From positions 160,079 to 224,078 of the forward strand of contig CAYOCJ010000001.1 of assembly GCA_964402565.1 (NCBI GenBank): a stretch of DNA of 64,000 nucleotides, in the 5' to 3' direction. A program made the position numbers and the translations under genes. Positions 28,441-37,583 of this stretch are shown in pieces; position 1 is the first letter of the stretch; the number at the start of each line of letters is the position of its first letter. A model generated the notes under the pieces. That model was not told the origin of the DNA and did not search any database. It worked only from the letters and a program-made list of their open reading frames with translations. The stretch is from an uncultured Gammaproteobacteria bacterium (GTDB lineage: Bacteria > Patescibacteriota > Patescibacteriia > UBA1558 > 2-01-FULL-52-15).

Positions 28441-30813
28441 ATGTTTGATAAAAAATCAAAAGATCAGAACGACTTGGATCTTGGCGAGATCAATCTTCTT
28501 CCTGAAGATCTGAGGGGCTCAGCTGAGAAGTATAAGAAAGCAAAGAATACCAAAGAGGCTCTTTATCAGCTTCGCGCTCCAAAAAAAGTAAAAAAGCGCC
28601 GCCGCGTCCTTGCATGGCTGCCGTTTTTCGGCGGAGAGCATTGGGAGGTTACGCCTGACGCCGCTGGTAAACCGCGGCCCGCAGGACCGAAGATCCCTGA
28701 TGCCGTCGCTGTTGAAACAAATGCTCCGAAAGCTCCCGAAGATGTCGGCCGATCCGCAACACCGAATGAGTTCGGGATCATTGCTCCTGTGTTCGGTACT
28801 AAGACAGGCAATGGGCCTCTGTCGCCGAAGACAAAGCGATCATTCAAGCAGGGCCTATCGCTGGCATCATTTTTTGGAAAAAAACGGCCAGGCGCTCCTG
28901 CCCACTCTGGTGCCGTGCCGGTGGCACAGAATGTACAGGAACAGCGTCCGGTGCACACCTTTACGACGCCGCCCCGGCACTACAGTTTGTTGTCAGACAC
29001 TGCATTGACGGAAAAAGAGCAATCGAGCGTTTCAGCGCCGCATGGGAAGCCGATGGACGGTAGTGAGAGCGTGAGTCACGGTATGCGTCCGGCGATGATC
29101 CAAACCATGCGCCCGGCGCCTGCCGAGCAAAGTGCGAAGGCTTCCCGCAAATGGCATTTGCCGAAATGGCTGGACATCTTTTCACTGCTGGCACTATTTT
29201 CCGGACCAGGAAAAGCTCGATCGCAATCTCAGAAGCGACCTATCGAGCCCGGTTCTCAATTGGCTGCGGCGCGCGAACCAATGCCTTCTCAGGGCCCGCG
29301 GCCTATCGAGCCAATTCATTTACATGCTTCACCCGCGAAGCCAGAGATGGATCGTATGCCATCGCGCGCTCCGATAACGCCCGTTGCGGTGCCAAAAACG
29401 ATCGAAGCGGTGAATACGTTCACCGGCGTCATGCAAAGAACTCCATCACCGATGTCGAAAGCGCCGAAGGTTCCCGGGAAATGGCATTTGCCGAAATGGC
29501 TGGATATATTCTATTGGCTCGACCTATTCACGCGTACTGACAAACAGCATCCTATGCCGCCGAAAAGATCTTCCATTGTTCCGCCGGCGCCGCCGAAACC
29601 ATTGGGCTTCACGCCGCCTGCACCTGCTCCTCAACCTTTGCAACCGGTCATTACTCCTATCCAGCCGGCGATCAAGCCTGTTGAGATGAAAAAAGAACAG
29701 ATGCCGGTAACGCCGATTACGCCTATCGCTTTTCCGAAACCCATCGAACCTATGAAAGCGCCTTTGCCCAGTATTCAGAAAACGCCGATGCCTCAGCCAA
29801 AGGCACCGAAACTTCATACAGAATGGCATATGCCGAAATGGCTGACCATGGCTTTTTGGCTCCATTTATTCCGACGGCAGCATACGTCTTTGCCAATGCC
29901 TAACAAGCATGCAGCGCCAGCACCTCCGGCTCCGAAACCGATGCTGACGCCAATGCCTGCAAAAACGCCTGTGACGCCTCCTCCTATGCCTATGCCCAAA
30001 GCACCTGCTCCGGCCATGCAAAGCGTACCAGGCATGCCTTCTCTTGCATCGGCAGCCGGCTCTGTGCACCCCGCGCAGCCGGTCACACCGGCAGCAGCGC
30101 CACGTCCGGTTTCAAATGATATTGTAGCTATCAAAGATGACGGGGATCATTCAAAAGAAAAAAAGCAAAAAGGACATCGCGGCATGCTATTCCATATGCC
30201 GACGAAAAATGCTTTTGCCAATGCATCGAAAGAGCTGCGGGAGATCAATCTTATTCCGGGCACGTATTTTGCACCGAAAGGCTGGAAGCAAATTAGCCTC
30301 AGCATCGGCATCGCGGTTTTTGTATCAGCAGGCCTGATAGGGCTTGCATTTGGCGGCCTGCATCTCTGGAGGATACAGCTCGATAAGCAAACAGCGGCGA
30401 TCGACACGCAGATAGAGTCGGTCAAGAACCGCATCTTGCTCTATAATGACCAAGAACCTGAAATGAGCGCTTTGGGAAATCGTGTGGAACTGGTGGCGCA
30501 ATTGCTGAATAAGCATGTGTACCTCACGAATTTCTTCAAACTACTTGAAAAGTATACATTGCCGGACGTGTATTACGATGGCGCTTCTGTTTCAGCTTCG
30601 GCAACTTCGATCACATTGAGCGCGCATGGCTCTAGTTTTGAAACCATTTCTCGCGAACTGCAATTAATGGGTTTGCCTGAAGCACAGGAATTCGTGACGA
30701 AGGCAACTATATCCAATGCGCAGTTGACGAAAAATGAAGATGGCGTTGATCAGGTCAACTTTAATATTGAATTGAATTTGAATCCAAATTTGTTCTACTA
30801 CCATGCTGGGTAA
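28441..30813 (+). CDS. PilN-like protein with a roughly 580-aa Pro-rich N-terminal insertion
   Basis: INLLP PilM-binding motif at aa 17-21 and again (INLIP) just before the single TM. The C-terminal coiled-coil resembles PilN. Three cytoplasmic repeats of about 110 aa, each with a WH(L/M)PKWL motif. Confidence 0.55.
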   Translation: MFDKKSKDQNDLDLGEINLLPEDLRGSAEKYKKAKNTKEALYQLRAPKKVKKRRRVLAWLPFFGGEHWEVTPDAAGKPRPAGPKIPDAVAVETNAPKAPEDVGRSATPNEFGIIAPVFGTKTGNGPLSPKTKRSFKQGLSLASFFGKKRPGAPAHSGAVPVAQNVQEQRPVHTFTTPPRHYSLLSDTALTEKEQSSVSAPHGKPMDGSESVSHGMRPAMIQTMRPAPAEQSAKASRKWHLPKWLDIFSLLALFSGPGKARSQSQKRPIEPGSQLAAAREPMPSQGPRPIEPIHLHASPAKPEMDRMPSRAPITPVAVPKTIEAVNTFTGVMQRTPSPMSKAPKVPGKWHLPKWLDIFYWLDLFTRTDKQHPMPPKRSSIVPPAPPKPLGFTPPAPAPQPLQPVITPIQPAIKPVEMKKEQMPVTPITPIAFPKPIEPMKAPLPSIQKTPMPQPKAPKLHTEWHMPKWLTMAFWLHLFRRQHTSLPMPNKHAAPAPPAPKPMLTPMPAKTPVTPPPMPMPKAPAPAMQSVPGMPSLASAAGSVHPAQPVTPAAAPRPVSNDIVAIKDDGDHSKEKKQKGHRGMLFHMPTKNAFANASKELREINLIPGTYFAPKGWKQISLSIGIAVFVSAGLIGLAFGGLHLWRIQLDKQTAAIDTQIESVKNRILLYNDQEPEMSALGNRVELVAQLLNKHVYLTNFFKLLEKYTLPDVYYDGASVSASATSITLSAHGSSFETISRELQLMGLPEAQEFVTKATISNAQLTKNEDGVDQVNFNIELNLNPNLFYYHAG

Positions 30814-31498
30814 ATCTAAAAAGAAAAAAGAAGCATCAGGACAGGCTCAAAAGAAAGAGCAGTCTTCCCTCGCGCTTCAGATTGTGAATCGTTATTTGCG
30901 GTGGGTTTTGTTCTTGGTCGTCTGCATCATGCTCTTCATCGGTTATACCTTCATCCTCCAGCAGCAGATCAGCGAAGCTCAAAGTGCCGCTAAGGAAAGT
31001 TTGCCGCTCAAACAAGAGGTGCTTGATGATCTGAAAACGATCGAGACTAAGCTTGACCAGGCATCCTCGGATTATGACCGTATTTTGAGAGAGAAGAAGC
31101 CGGCACTCGATCGTATTGCATTGTTGCTTCCTCGACATTCAGAATACGGGGAGCTCTTCCCATTGCTCAATAAAATAACACAGGCGAGCGGTTTCACATT
31201 GCAATCGATGAATCTGACATTGCCAGCCGATGCTGATGCGCCACCGGCATCTACGTCAGACACTTCGGTTTCTGATCCGATCACATCAGGTTTAGTGCAT
31301 GCCATCAATATACGCTTGAGCGTCCAAGGTGGTGACTATGAGGGCATTAAGAATTACTTGAAAAATCTTGAGCGAAATGTGCGCCTGTTCGATATTTCGT
31401 CAGTGACGGTAAGCGGGTCCGTTTTCATTCAGCAAAATAACGGAGTTACCACAACGCCGGCCTATGATCTGGAGCTCAAAACATACTATCAGCCTTAG
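30803..31498 (+). CDS. PilO-like pilus assembly protein
   Basis: Lys-rich N-terminus, single TM, coiled-coil, periplasmic domain. Sits between the PilN-like gene and pilB. Confidence 0.5.
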   Translation: MLGKSKKKKEASGQAQKKEQSSLALQIVNRYLRWVLFLVVCIMLFIGYTFILQQQISEAQSAAKESLPLKQEVLDDLKTIETKLDQASSDYDRILREKKPALDRIALLLPRHSEYGELFPLLNKITQASGFTLQSMNLTLPADADAPPASTSDTSVSDPITSGLVHAINIRLSVQGGDYEGIKNYLKNLERNVRLFDISSVTVSGSVFIQQNNGVTTTPAYDLELKTYYQP

Positions 31499-31501
31499 CA
31501 T

Positions 31502-31879
31502 ATGAAAAAGGATAAAATTTTGATCATTGTTTTTCTGCTGCTGCTTGCGTCATCCGGCTTAGTATTGTTCCGCGGATTCAGATCAGAAACTTTCAGCTCG
31601 GTGGAAACGCCGACAAGCTCGAATGATGATGTGGCTAAAACACAGGCTGAGGCAGTAAAGTCGAAGATCACGAACGCCATAAACAAGATCGATACAGGCG
31701 GATCCCTCGATACGCTTATTCAGAGTCAGCAATTCAAAGATCTGTTTCTGGTCGAAGGTCAGGGTGAGACCGATCTGCCGGTGCAGGTAGTTACGACCAC
31801 GACGATCGGTGATTATGGACGGCCGAATCCGTTCCTGGTGCCGACACTCCTGGCAACAACGACAAAACCAAAGAAATAA
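31502..31879 (+). CDS. Hypothetical secreted protein in pilus operon (PilP-like?)
   Basis: Signal/TM then a Thr-rich tail. Operon position only. Confidence 0.3.
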   Translation: MKKDKILIIVFLLLLASSGLVLFRGFRSETFSSVETPTSSNDDVAKTQAEAVKSKITNAINKIDTGGSLDTLIQSQQFKDLFLVEGQGETDLPVQVVTTTTIGDYGRPNPFLVPTLLATTTKPKK

Positions 31880-31894
31880 AAGGAGAGCTGAGAT

Positions 31895-33646
31895 ATGGTG
31901 AAGGCTATTGTAAAACAATATATCGATTTGCTGCGCGAGAAGCAGCTGATCGGTGACGCTGACCAGAGCGAGACGCTTGCGCAGGATTTTGCTGCAATTG
32001 CAGACGTTGATACCTTTCTTGCCCGCCGCCAGGTCATCAATGAAGAAGAGATCACCAAAGCAAAAGCTGAACTCTATAACTTTGAGTACATCAACCTCAT
32101 CGGCAAATCTATCAGCTCAGGCTTATTGAATCTCCTGCCGCGGGATCTGTCAGATAATTATAAGATCGTCGTGTTTGACCGGGAGGGTACGGTCATTAAA
32201 GTAGGTATGGTCGATCCGGGTAATTTCAAGGCTATCGAAGCTGTTGATTTCATGGCGCTCAAGAACGGGCTGCAGGTCAAATACTTCGCCATATCGACAG
32301 ACAGTTACCGCGCAGCTTCGAAGCAGTACGAGAATATCCACGAAGAGGTAGGGGAGGCTCTCGACACCGCAGAAAGCATCTTTGCGCCGAAAGAAGAGGT
32401 CGGCCTTGAAACCGACGGCAAAAAGACGCTCGATGAAATGATCAAGAGCGCGCCGGTGACGAAGATTGTTTCCGTCGTTTTGCGCCACGCGATCGAGGGG
32501 CGGGCATCAGATATTCATATTGAGCCTGTCGGCAACCAGAGCCGTATTCGCTACCGCATCGATGGCATTTTGCATACGACCATCGTATTGCCGATCTATG
32601 TGCATGCTGCGCTCGTGTCGCGCGTCAAAGTTATGGCAAATCTAAAGATCGATGAAACAAGAATACCCCAAGACGGCCGTATTCGCTTGAATATTTTCAA
32701 TAAAGACGTGGACTTCCGCGTTTCGACCATTCCGTTGATGAATTCTGAGAAGGTCGTGATGAGAATTCTGACCACTCCGGAAAAAGCCCCGACCTTGGAA
32801 GATCTCGGTTTCCAGGGCCTCCAGCTTGCAAAGATGCAGCGGAATATCAAGAAGCCGAACGGCATGTTCCTGGTCACGGGTCCTACGGGAAGCGGTAAAT
32901 CAACAACACTCTTCGCTGTTCTCTCTATTTTGAATGCAGAATCAGTGAATATCACGACATTGGAAGATCCGGTAGAATATTTCATCTCAGGCGTGAACCA
33001 AAGCGCTATTCGACCGGAAGTCGGTTTTACCTTTGCGAACGGCCTTCGCGCTCTGCTGCGGCAAGACCCGAATATCATCATGGTCGGCGAAATCCGCGAT
33101 AATGAAACAGCATCCCTTGGTATTCAGGCGAGCTTGACCGGACACTTCCTGCTCTCGACCCTGCACACCAATAGCGCAGTGGGCGCCATCCCGCGTTTGT
33201 ATGATATGAAAGTCGAGCCATTCCTGCTTTCCAATACGTTGAATATCGTGGTCGCGCAGCGCCTTGTCCGAAAAATTTGCACGTTCTGCAAGCGTCCGAC
33301 CGACGTTGCGCCTGATGTATTGGAACGCGTGAAATCTGACTTTGCAGTTATACCGCCGAATGCTATGTATGGAGGCGTCACGCCTACATCGCCGCTTACT
33401 TTTTTCAGAGGAGCTGGCTGCCCGCGCTGCGGCCACTCAGGCTATTCAGGCCGGTCGACGATCGTTGAGGCCATCGAAGTCACCAAGAGCATGAAAGATC
33501 TGATTACGACCGGCTTTCGGCGGAAAGAGGTCGATGAAGAGTTGAAAAAACAGGATTATATCACTATGAAGCAGGATGGCATTATCAAAGCCTTGCTCGG
33601 CTCTACCACCTTGGAAGAGGTTATGATGGCGAGCGAGGAAAAATAA
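31895..33646 (+). CDS. pilB: Type IV pilus assembly ATPase PilB (GspE family)
   Basis: Walker A VTGPTGSGKSTTL, GspE N-domain, tetracysteine CTFC...CPRCGHSG. Confidence 0.9.
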   Translation: MVKAIVKQYIDLLREKQLIGDADQSETLAQDFAAIADVDTFLARRQVINEEEITKAKAELYNFEYINLIGKSISSGLLNLLPRDLSDNYKIVVFDREGTVIKVGMVDPGNFKAIEAVDFMALKNGLQVKYFAISTDSYRAASKQYENIHEEVGEALDTAESIFAPKEEVGLETDGKKTLDEMIKSAPVTKIVSVVLRHAIEGRASDIHIEPVGNQSRIRYRIDGILHTTIVLPIYVHAALVSRVKVMANLKIDETRIPQDGRIRLNIFNKDVDFRVSTIPLMNSEKVVMRILTTPEKAPTLEDLGFQGLQLAKMQRNIKKPNGMFLVTGPTGSGKSTTLFAVLSILNAESVNITTLEDPVEYFISGVNQSAIRPEVGFTFANGLRALLRQDPNIIMVGEIRDNETASLGIQASLTGHFLLSTLHTNSAVGAIPRLYDMKVEPFLLSNTLNIVVAQRLVRKICTFCKRPTDVAPDVLERVKSDFAVIPPNAMYGGVTPTSPLTFFRGAGCPRCGHSGYSGRSTIVEAIEVTKSMKDLITTGFRRKEVDEELKKQDYITMKQDGIIKALLGSTTLEEVMMASEEK

Positions 33647-33679
33647 CCCGGCATCCTATAACAATTAACAGCTCTACCT

Positions 33680-34045
33680 ATGCAAAAGAAAATAATGATC
33701 GTAGAAGATGACGAGTTCTTGGTGCAGATGTACGCAACAAAGCTCGAATTGCAGGATTATCTGGTCACCACGGCCGGGGACGGCAAGCAGGCGATGAAGC
33801 TCATTCGAAAAGACAAGCCGGATCTGATTTTGCTGGACCTGAACCTGCCGGTGATGGACGGCTTTCAGGTGCTTGAAGAATTAAAGAAAGATGCGGCGCT
33901 CAAGAGCATTCCGGTGCTGGTACTGACGAACTATGGGCAGAAAGAACATATCGACAAGTGCCTGGCGCTTGGTGCCGTGGATTATCTTATCAAAGCTCAT
34001 TTCGTCCCGTCCGAGGTTGTCGATAAAATAAAAGTCCTTATTTAA
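33680..34045 (+). CDS. Response regulator, REC domain only (CheY-like)
   Basis: IMIVEDDEFLV...DLILLDLNLPVMDG. Phospho-acceptor Asp context. No output domain. Confidence 0.8.
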   Translation: MQKKIMIVEDDEFLVQMYATKLELQDYLVTTAGDGKQAMKLIRKDKPDLILLDLNLPVMDGFQVLEELKKDAALKSIPVLVLTNYGQKEHIDKCLALGAVDYLIKAHFVPSEVVDKIKVLI

Positions 34046-34059
34046 TCTGAATCGAGATC

Positions 34060-35127
34060 ATGCCGGCATCCAGCGTCGAAACTCTTTCACTGAATTCAAT
34101 TTTCAGCACCGCTTTGGAAAAAAAAGCGACTGATATTCATTTGATTGCGGGAAATTACCCGGTGTTGCGGCTGGACAGTAAGCTATTCGTCCTGGCAGAT
34201 GAGAAAGTGCTGAGCGTCGATATCATCATGTCCCTGATAGACGCCTGGCTGACCCCCGAAGAAAAAGAACGACTCAATAAAGAAAAAGAGATCAGGACAA
34301 TTTACACGTGGGCTGATCGGGCGCGCTTCAGAGCCTCGATTTTTTATCAGCAAGGGTATCCGGCCATTTCATTGCGGGCTATTCCGCGAGACATTCCTGA
34401 TCCGAAGATCTTGGGCATTCCAGACCTCTTGCTTGACCGCATCACGAACAGGCAGGGCTTGATCATACTCTGCGGGCCTTTTAACTCTGGCCGCACAACG
34501 ACTATGGCTAGTTTGTTGCAATATGTGAATATGAGCCATAGCAGGCGCATTGTGACGCTTGAGCGGCCTATCGAGTATATGATCATCAATAATAAATCGA
34601 TCATCAATCAGCGTGAAGTAGGCCGCGATACCCCTTCATTCATCCAGGGCTCGAAAGATCTGCTCGACGAGGACGCTGATATCGTTGCGATCAGCGAAGC
34701 TTCAGAGCAAGGCATCCAGGAACTTGTCTTGACGCTTGCAGAGAGCGGCAAATTAGTGATCATGATCATGAACGCTGCATCAAGTATTTCGGCAATCGAA
34801 CATTTCATTGACTCCATTCCGAAAGAACGCAGGCAATGGGCGAAAGACGCTTTATCGCATGTTCTGATCGCCATTGCAGCACAGCGCCTGGTGCCGGGCG
34901 CCGGAGGAGGCCGTGTGCTGGCGGTAGAAGTGCTCACGATGAATGCCGCAGTGACATCGATCTTGCAGGAGGATAACTTCGCACAGCTCGGCACTGTTCT
35001 GCAGACATCTCGCGATGAAGGAATGATCAGTCTGGATTATCGTTTAGTAGAGCTGGTGCGCACCGGCAAGATATCTGCGGAAGAGGCGAAAAGATATGCG
35101 GTCGACCCAAGCTCAATTAGGTCATAA
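34060..35127 (+). CDS. pilT: PilT-like retraction-ATPase homolog with degenerate Walker A
   Basis: PilT N-domain and fold. Walker A reads GPFNSGRTT instead of GPTGSGKST. Confidence 0.7.
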   Translation: MPASSVETLSLNSIFSTALEKKATDIHLIAGNYPVLRLDSKLFVLADEKVLSVDIIMSLIDAWLTPEEKERLNKEKEIRTIYTWADRARFRASIFYQQGYPAISLRAIPRDIPDPKILGIPDLLLDRITNRQGLIILCGPFNSGRTTTMASLLQYVNMSHSRRIVTLERPIEYMIINNKSIINQREVGRDTPSFIQGSKDLLDEDADIVAISEASEQGIQELVLTLAESGKLVIMIMNAASSISAIEHFIDSIPKERRQWAKDALSHVLIAIAAQRLVPGAGGGRVLAVEVLTMNAAVTSILQEDNFAQLGTVLQTSRDEGMISLDYRLVELVRTGKISAEEAKRYAVDPSSIRS

Positions 35128-35144
35128 GCAGGGAACATCAATAC

Positions 35145-36356
35145 ATGCCAATTTTTAAATACAGAGCACTGAACTCATTACGACAGCTTCAAAAAGGGCT
35201 GGTTGAAGCAGCAACCATAGAAGCTGTTGCTGAACTATTGGTCGAAAGAAAATTGACCATTGTTTCCATCGAAGAAGGGAATCAGGGCGGCTTTTCATTG
35301 GCTGCGATCCCGTTTTTTGGCAAAGCAAAACGAAAAAATGTAGTCATTTTTTCGCGGCAGCTTGCGGTGATGATGGCAGCGACCGTGCCTATTGTACAGG
35401 CGCTGCGCATCCTCATCGTACAGACAGACGATAAGGTGCTCAAACAGATCATTTCCAGCATGGCCAATGACATTGATGGCGGTATGAAACTTTCTTCAGC
35501 ATTCGCGAAACATCCTGAAACATTCAGCAATTTCTATGTCGCGATGTTGCGGTCCGGTGAAACAAGCGGACGATTGGAAAAGGTTCTGAATTACCTTGCA
35601 ACTCAGATGGAGAAAGACTATGACCTGGTCAGCCGCATCAAGGGGGCGATGATCTATCCGGCCTTTATTATTACCTCGCTTGTTGGCGTAGGAGCCGCCA
35701 TGCTTATCTTCGTTGTTCCAAAAATGACGGCATTGCTTCAGGAAAATGGCGCAGAGCTGCCGTTCATGACTAAAATGCTGATTGCAGTCAGTAATTTTCT
35801 TACGCATTTCTGGTGGGCACTTCTGTTGGGGTTCATTGTCTTTATTACGGGCGTTCGCGTAGCCTTGCGCTCAAAAGTAGGCCGCGAGACATGGGACAAT
35901 AGCAAGCTGCATATTCCGATCTTCGGCGTCCTCTTCAAAAGGATCATTTTGTCGCGCTTTGCAACGGGTCTTTCTACGCTTATCAAAGGAGGCGTGCCTA
36001 TCAGCCGCGCATTGAAGATAACCTCGGACGTCGTATCGAATCAGGCATTCAAGGCGCTGATAGAGGAGACCGTGAAAGAAGTGGAGGACGGAAATTCGAT
36101 TACCACGATTTTTTCGCAGAATAAATTGGTGCCGGCGATCGTTTCTCAGATGATGGGAGTCGGTGAACGTACCGGCCGCATGGACGAGGTCCTGGATCGT
36201 TTAGGCGATTTCTATTCGAGGGAAGTAGATACTATGATCGGAAGCCTTACGTCGCTCATCGAGCCGGTCATTATGATCATTCTTGGTGTTGGCGTAGGCC
36301 TTATGGTTTCAGCAATTATTTTGCCGATTTTTCAGGTCGCAAATAGCATTTCTTAA
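35145..36356 (+). CDS. pilC: Type IV pilus platform protein PilC (GspF family)
   Basis: Two GspF repeats, 3 TM. Confidence 0.85.
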   Translation: MPIFKYRALNSLRQLQKGLVEAATIEAVAELLVERKLTIVSIEEGNQGGFSLAAIPFFGKAKRKNVVIFSRQLAVMMAATVPIVQALRILIVQTDDKVLKQIISSMANDIDGGMKLSSAFAKHPETFSNFYVAMLRSGETSGRLEKVLNYLATQMEKDYDLVSRIKGAMIYPAFIITSLVGVGAAMLIFVVPKMTALLQENGAELPFMTKMLIAVSNFLTHFWWALLLGFIVFITGVRVALRSKVGRETWDNSKLHIPIFGVLFKRIILSRFATGLSTLIKGGVPISRALKITSDVVSNQAFKALIEETVKEVEDGNSITTIFSQNKLVPAIVSQMMGVGERTGRMDEVLDRLGDFYSREVDTMIGSLTSLIEPVIMIILGVGVGLMVSAIILPIFQVANSIS

Positions 36357-36363
36357 TATTGTA

Positions 36364-36372
36364 TGCTACAAT
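36364..36372 (+). promoter_or_regulatory. Possible extended -10 element (TGcTACAAT) upstream of pilin gene 1
   Basis: Sequence motif only. Confidence 0.25.
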
Positions 36373-36459
36373 ATCATAACTACAATCATCATGCTGAAAG
36401 ATACTTTTTCTGATTATCTGGAAAATAAATCCTGGCAGTATCATGCACTGAACCACAGT

Positions 36460-36918
36460 ATGAACGTACTGTCTAAGAGCAGAGGATTTACGCTCATCGA
36501 ATTGCTCGTCGTGATCGCAATCATTGGCCTTCTCGCGTCTATCGCCATGGTTAACCTGAACAGTGCCCGAGGTAAGGCAAAGATCGCCTCAGCGAAGTCA
36601 ACCATGCATTCCATTCAGTCAGCCGCGGTGCTTTGTCAGGATGGATACAGCAGTAATATTGCCTGGAACACTATTGGAAACCTGTGCGCAAGCACTGGCG
36701 TTAACACCGTAGCAGGTAATAAGCCTGCGAATGGTACCACGGTCTGTAACTCGAACGGTGCAGCTGGTTCGATCAACTGGCCAGACCTGCCAACCGGCTG
36801 GAACTACCAAAACGGCTGTAACCAAGTTTCTGCAAATAGCAGCTTTACGTATAGCGCTACAGATCAAACCTGTATTATCACCTGTACACAAATAGCCTGC
36901 ACATACGCAGGTTGTTAG
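36460..36918 (+). CDS. pilA: Type IV major pilin (prepilin with class III signal peptide), copy 1
   Basis: Leader then G/FTLIELLVVIAIIG with Glu+5. The C-terminus has paired Cys. The alternative upstream start at 36391 has no SD. Confidence 0.75.
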   Translation: MNVLSKSRGFTLIELLVVIAIIGLLASIAMVNLNSARGKAKIASAKSTMHSIQSAAVLCQDGYSSNIAWNTIGNLCASTGVNTVAGNKPANGTTVCNSNGAAGSINWPDLPTGWNYQNGCNQVSANSSFTYSATDQTCIITCTQIACTYAGC

Positions 36919-36957
36919 GCTGTTGGCAACGTATAGATAGAATTTATCGAGAAAATG

Positions 36958-36966
36958 TGGTATAAT
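36958..36966 (+). promoter_or_regulatory. Extended -10 promoter element TGgTATAAT upstream of pilin gene 2
   Basis: Consensus extended -10. A GGAGGTGA Shine-Dalgarno lies 8 nt before the ATG at 37069. Inverted repeat TTAAGAGGAA..TTTTCTCTTAA lies between them. Confidence 0.35.
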
Positions 36967-37068
36967 GTTTAGTACTGGTCGATATGTGGATAGTTTATAA
37001 TTTAAATATCTGTTAAGAGGAAGACACGAGCTCGTTTTCTCTTAACCACAATGAATGGAGGTGACAGA

Positions 37069-37518
37069 ATGAACAAAAACAAAGGATTTACGCTCATCGA
37101 ATTGCTCGTCGTGATCGCTATTATCGGTATTTTGGCTGCGATCGCCATGGTTAACCTGAACAGTGCCCGAGGTAAGGCAAAGATCGCCTCAGCGAAGTCA
37201 ACCATGCATTCCATTCAGTCAGCCGCGGTGCTTTGTCAGGATGGATACAGCAGTAATATTGCCTGGAACACTATTGGAAACCTGTGCGCAAGCACTGGCG
37301 TTAACACCGTAGCAGGTAATAAGCCTGCGAATGGTACCACGGTCTGTAACTCGAACGGTGCAGCTGGTTCGATCAACTGGCCAGACCTGCCAACCGGCTG
37401 GAACTACCAAAACGGCTGTAACCAAGTTTCTGCAAATAGCAGCTTTACGTATAGCGCTACAGATCAAACCTGTATTATCACCTGTACGGAGACTGCTTGT
37501 ACGTATACCTCTTGTTGA
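37069..37518 (+). CDS. pilA: Type IV major pilin, copy 2 (near-identical to copy 1)
   Basis: MNKNKG/FTLIELLVV prepilin motif. About 420 nt (37081-37495) identical to 36481-36895. Diverges only in the last roughly 8 codons. Confidence 0.8.
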   Translation: MNKNKGFTLIELLVVIAIIGILAAIAMVNLNSARGKAKIASAKSTMHSIQSAAVLCQDGYSSNIAWNTIGNLCASTGVNTVAGNKPANGTTVCNSNGAAGSINWPDLPTGWNYQNGCNQVSANSSFTYSATDQTCIITCTETACTYTSC

Positions 37519-37539
37519 CCTGATAGTAAGTGGTTATCA

Positions 37540-37570
37540 AAAACAGTCCTTTGCTTGGGACTGTTTTTGT
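37540..37570. terminator. Bidirectional rho-independent terminator between convergent pilin and TPR-membrane operons
   Basis: AAAAACAGTCCTTTGCTTGGGACTGTTTTT. Confidence 0.65.
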
Positions 37571-37583
37571 ATTTAGTAAATAA

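Noticed and set aside
28566-30516. Multiple ORFs of 60-130 aa on both strands (e.g. 28566-28958 -, 28610-29008 +, 29151-29540 +, 29524-29865 -, 29814-30134 -) inside the PilN-like gene
   Set aside because: They overlap a long, motif-supported coding frame in a GC/Pro-rich repetitive region. Arg/Pro/Gly-rich translations are typical of off-frame artefacts.
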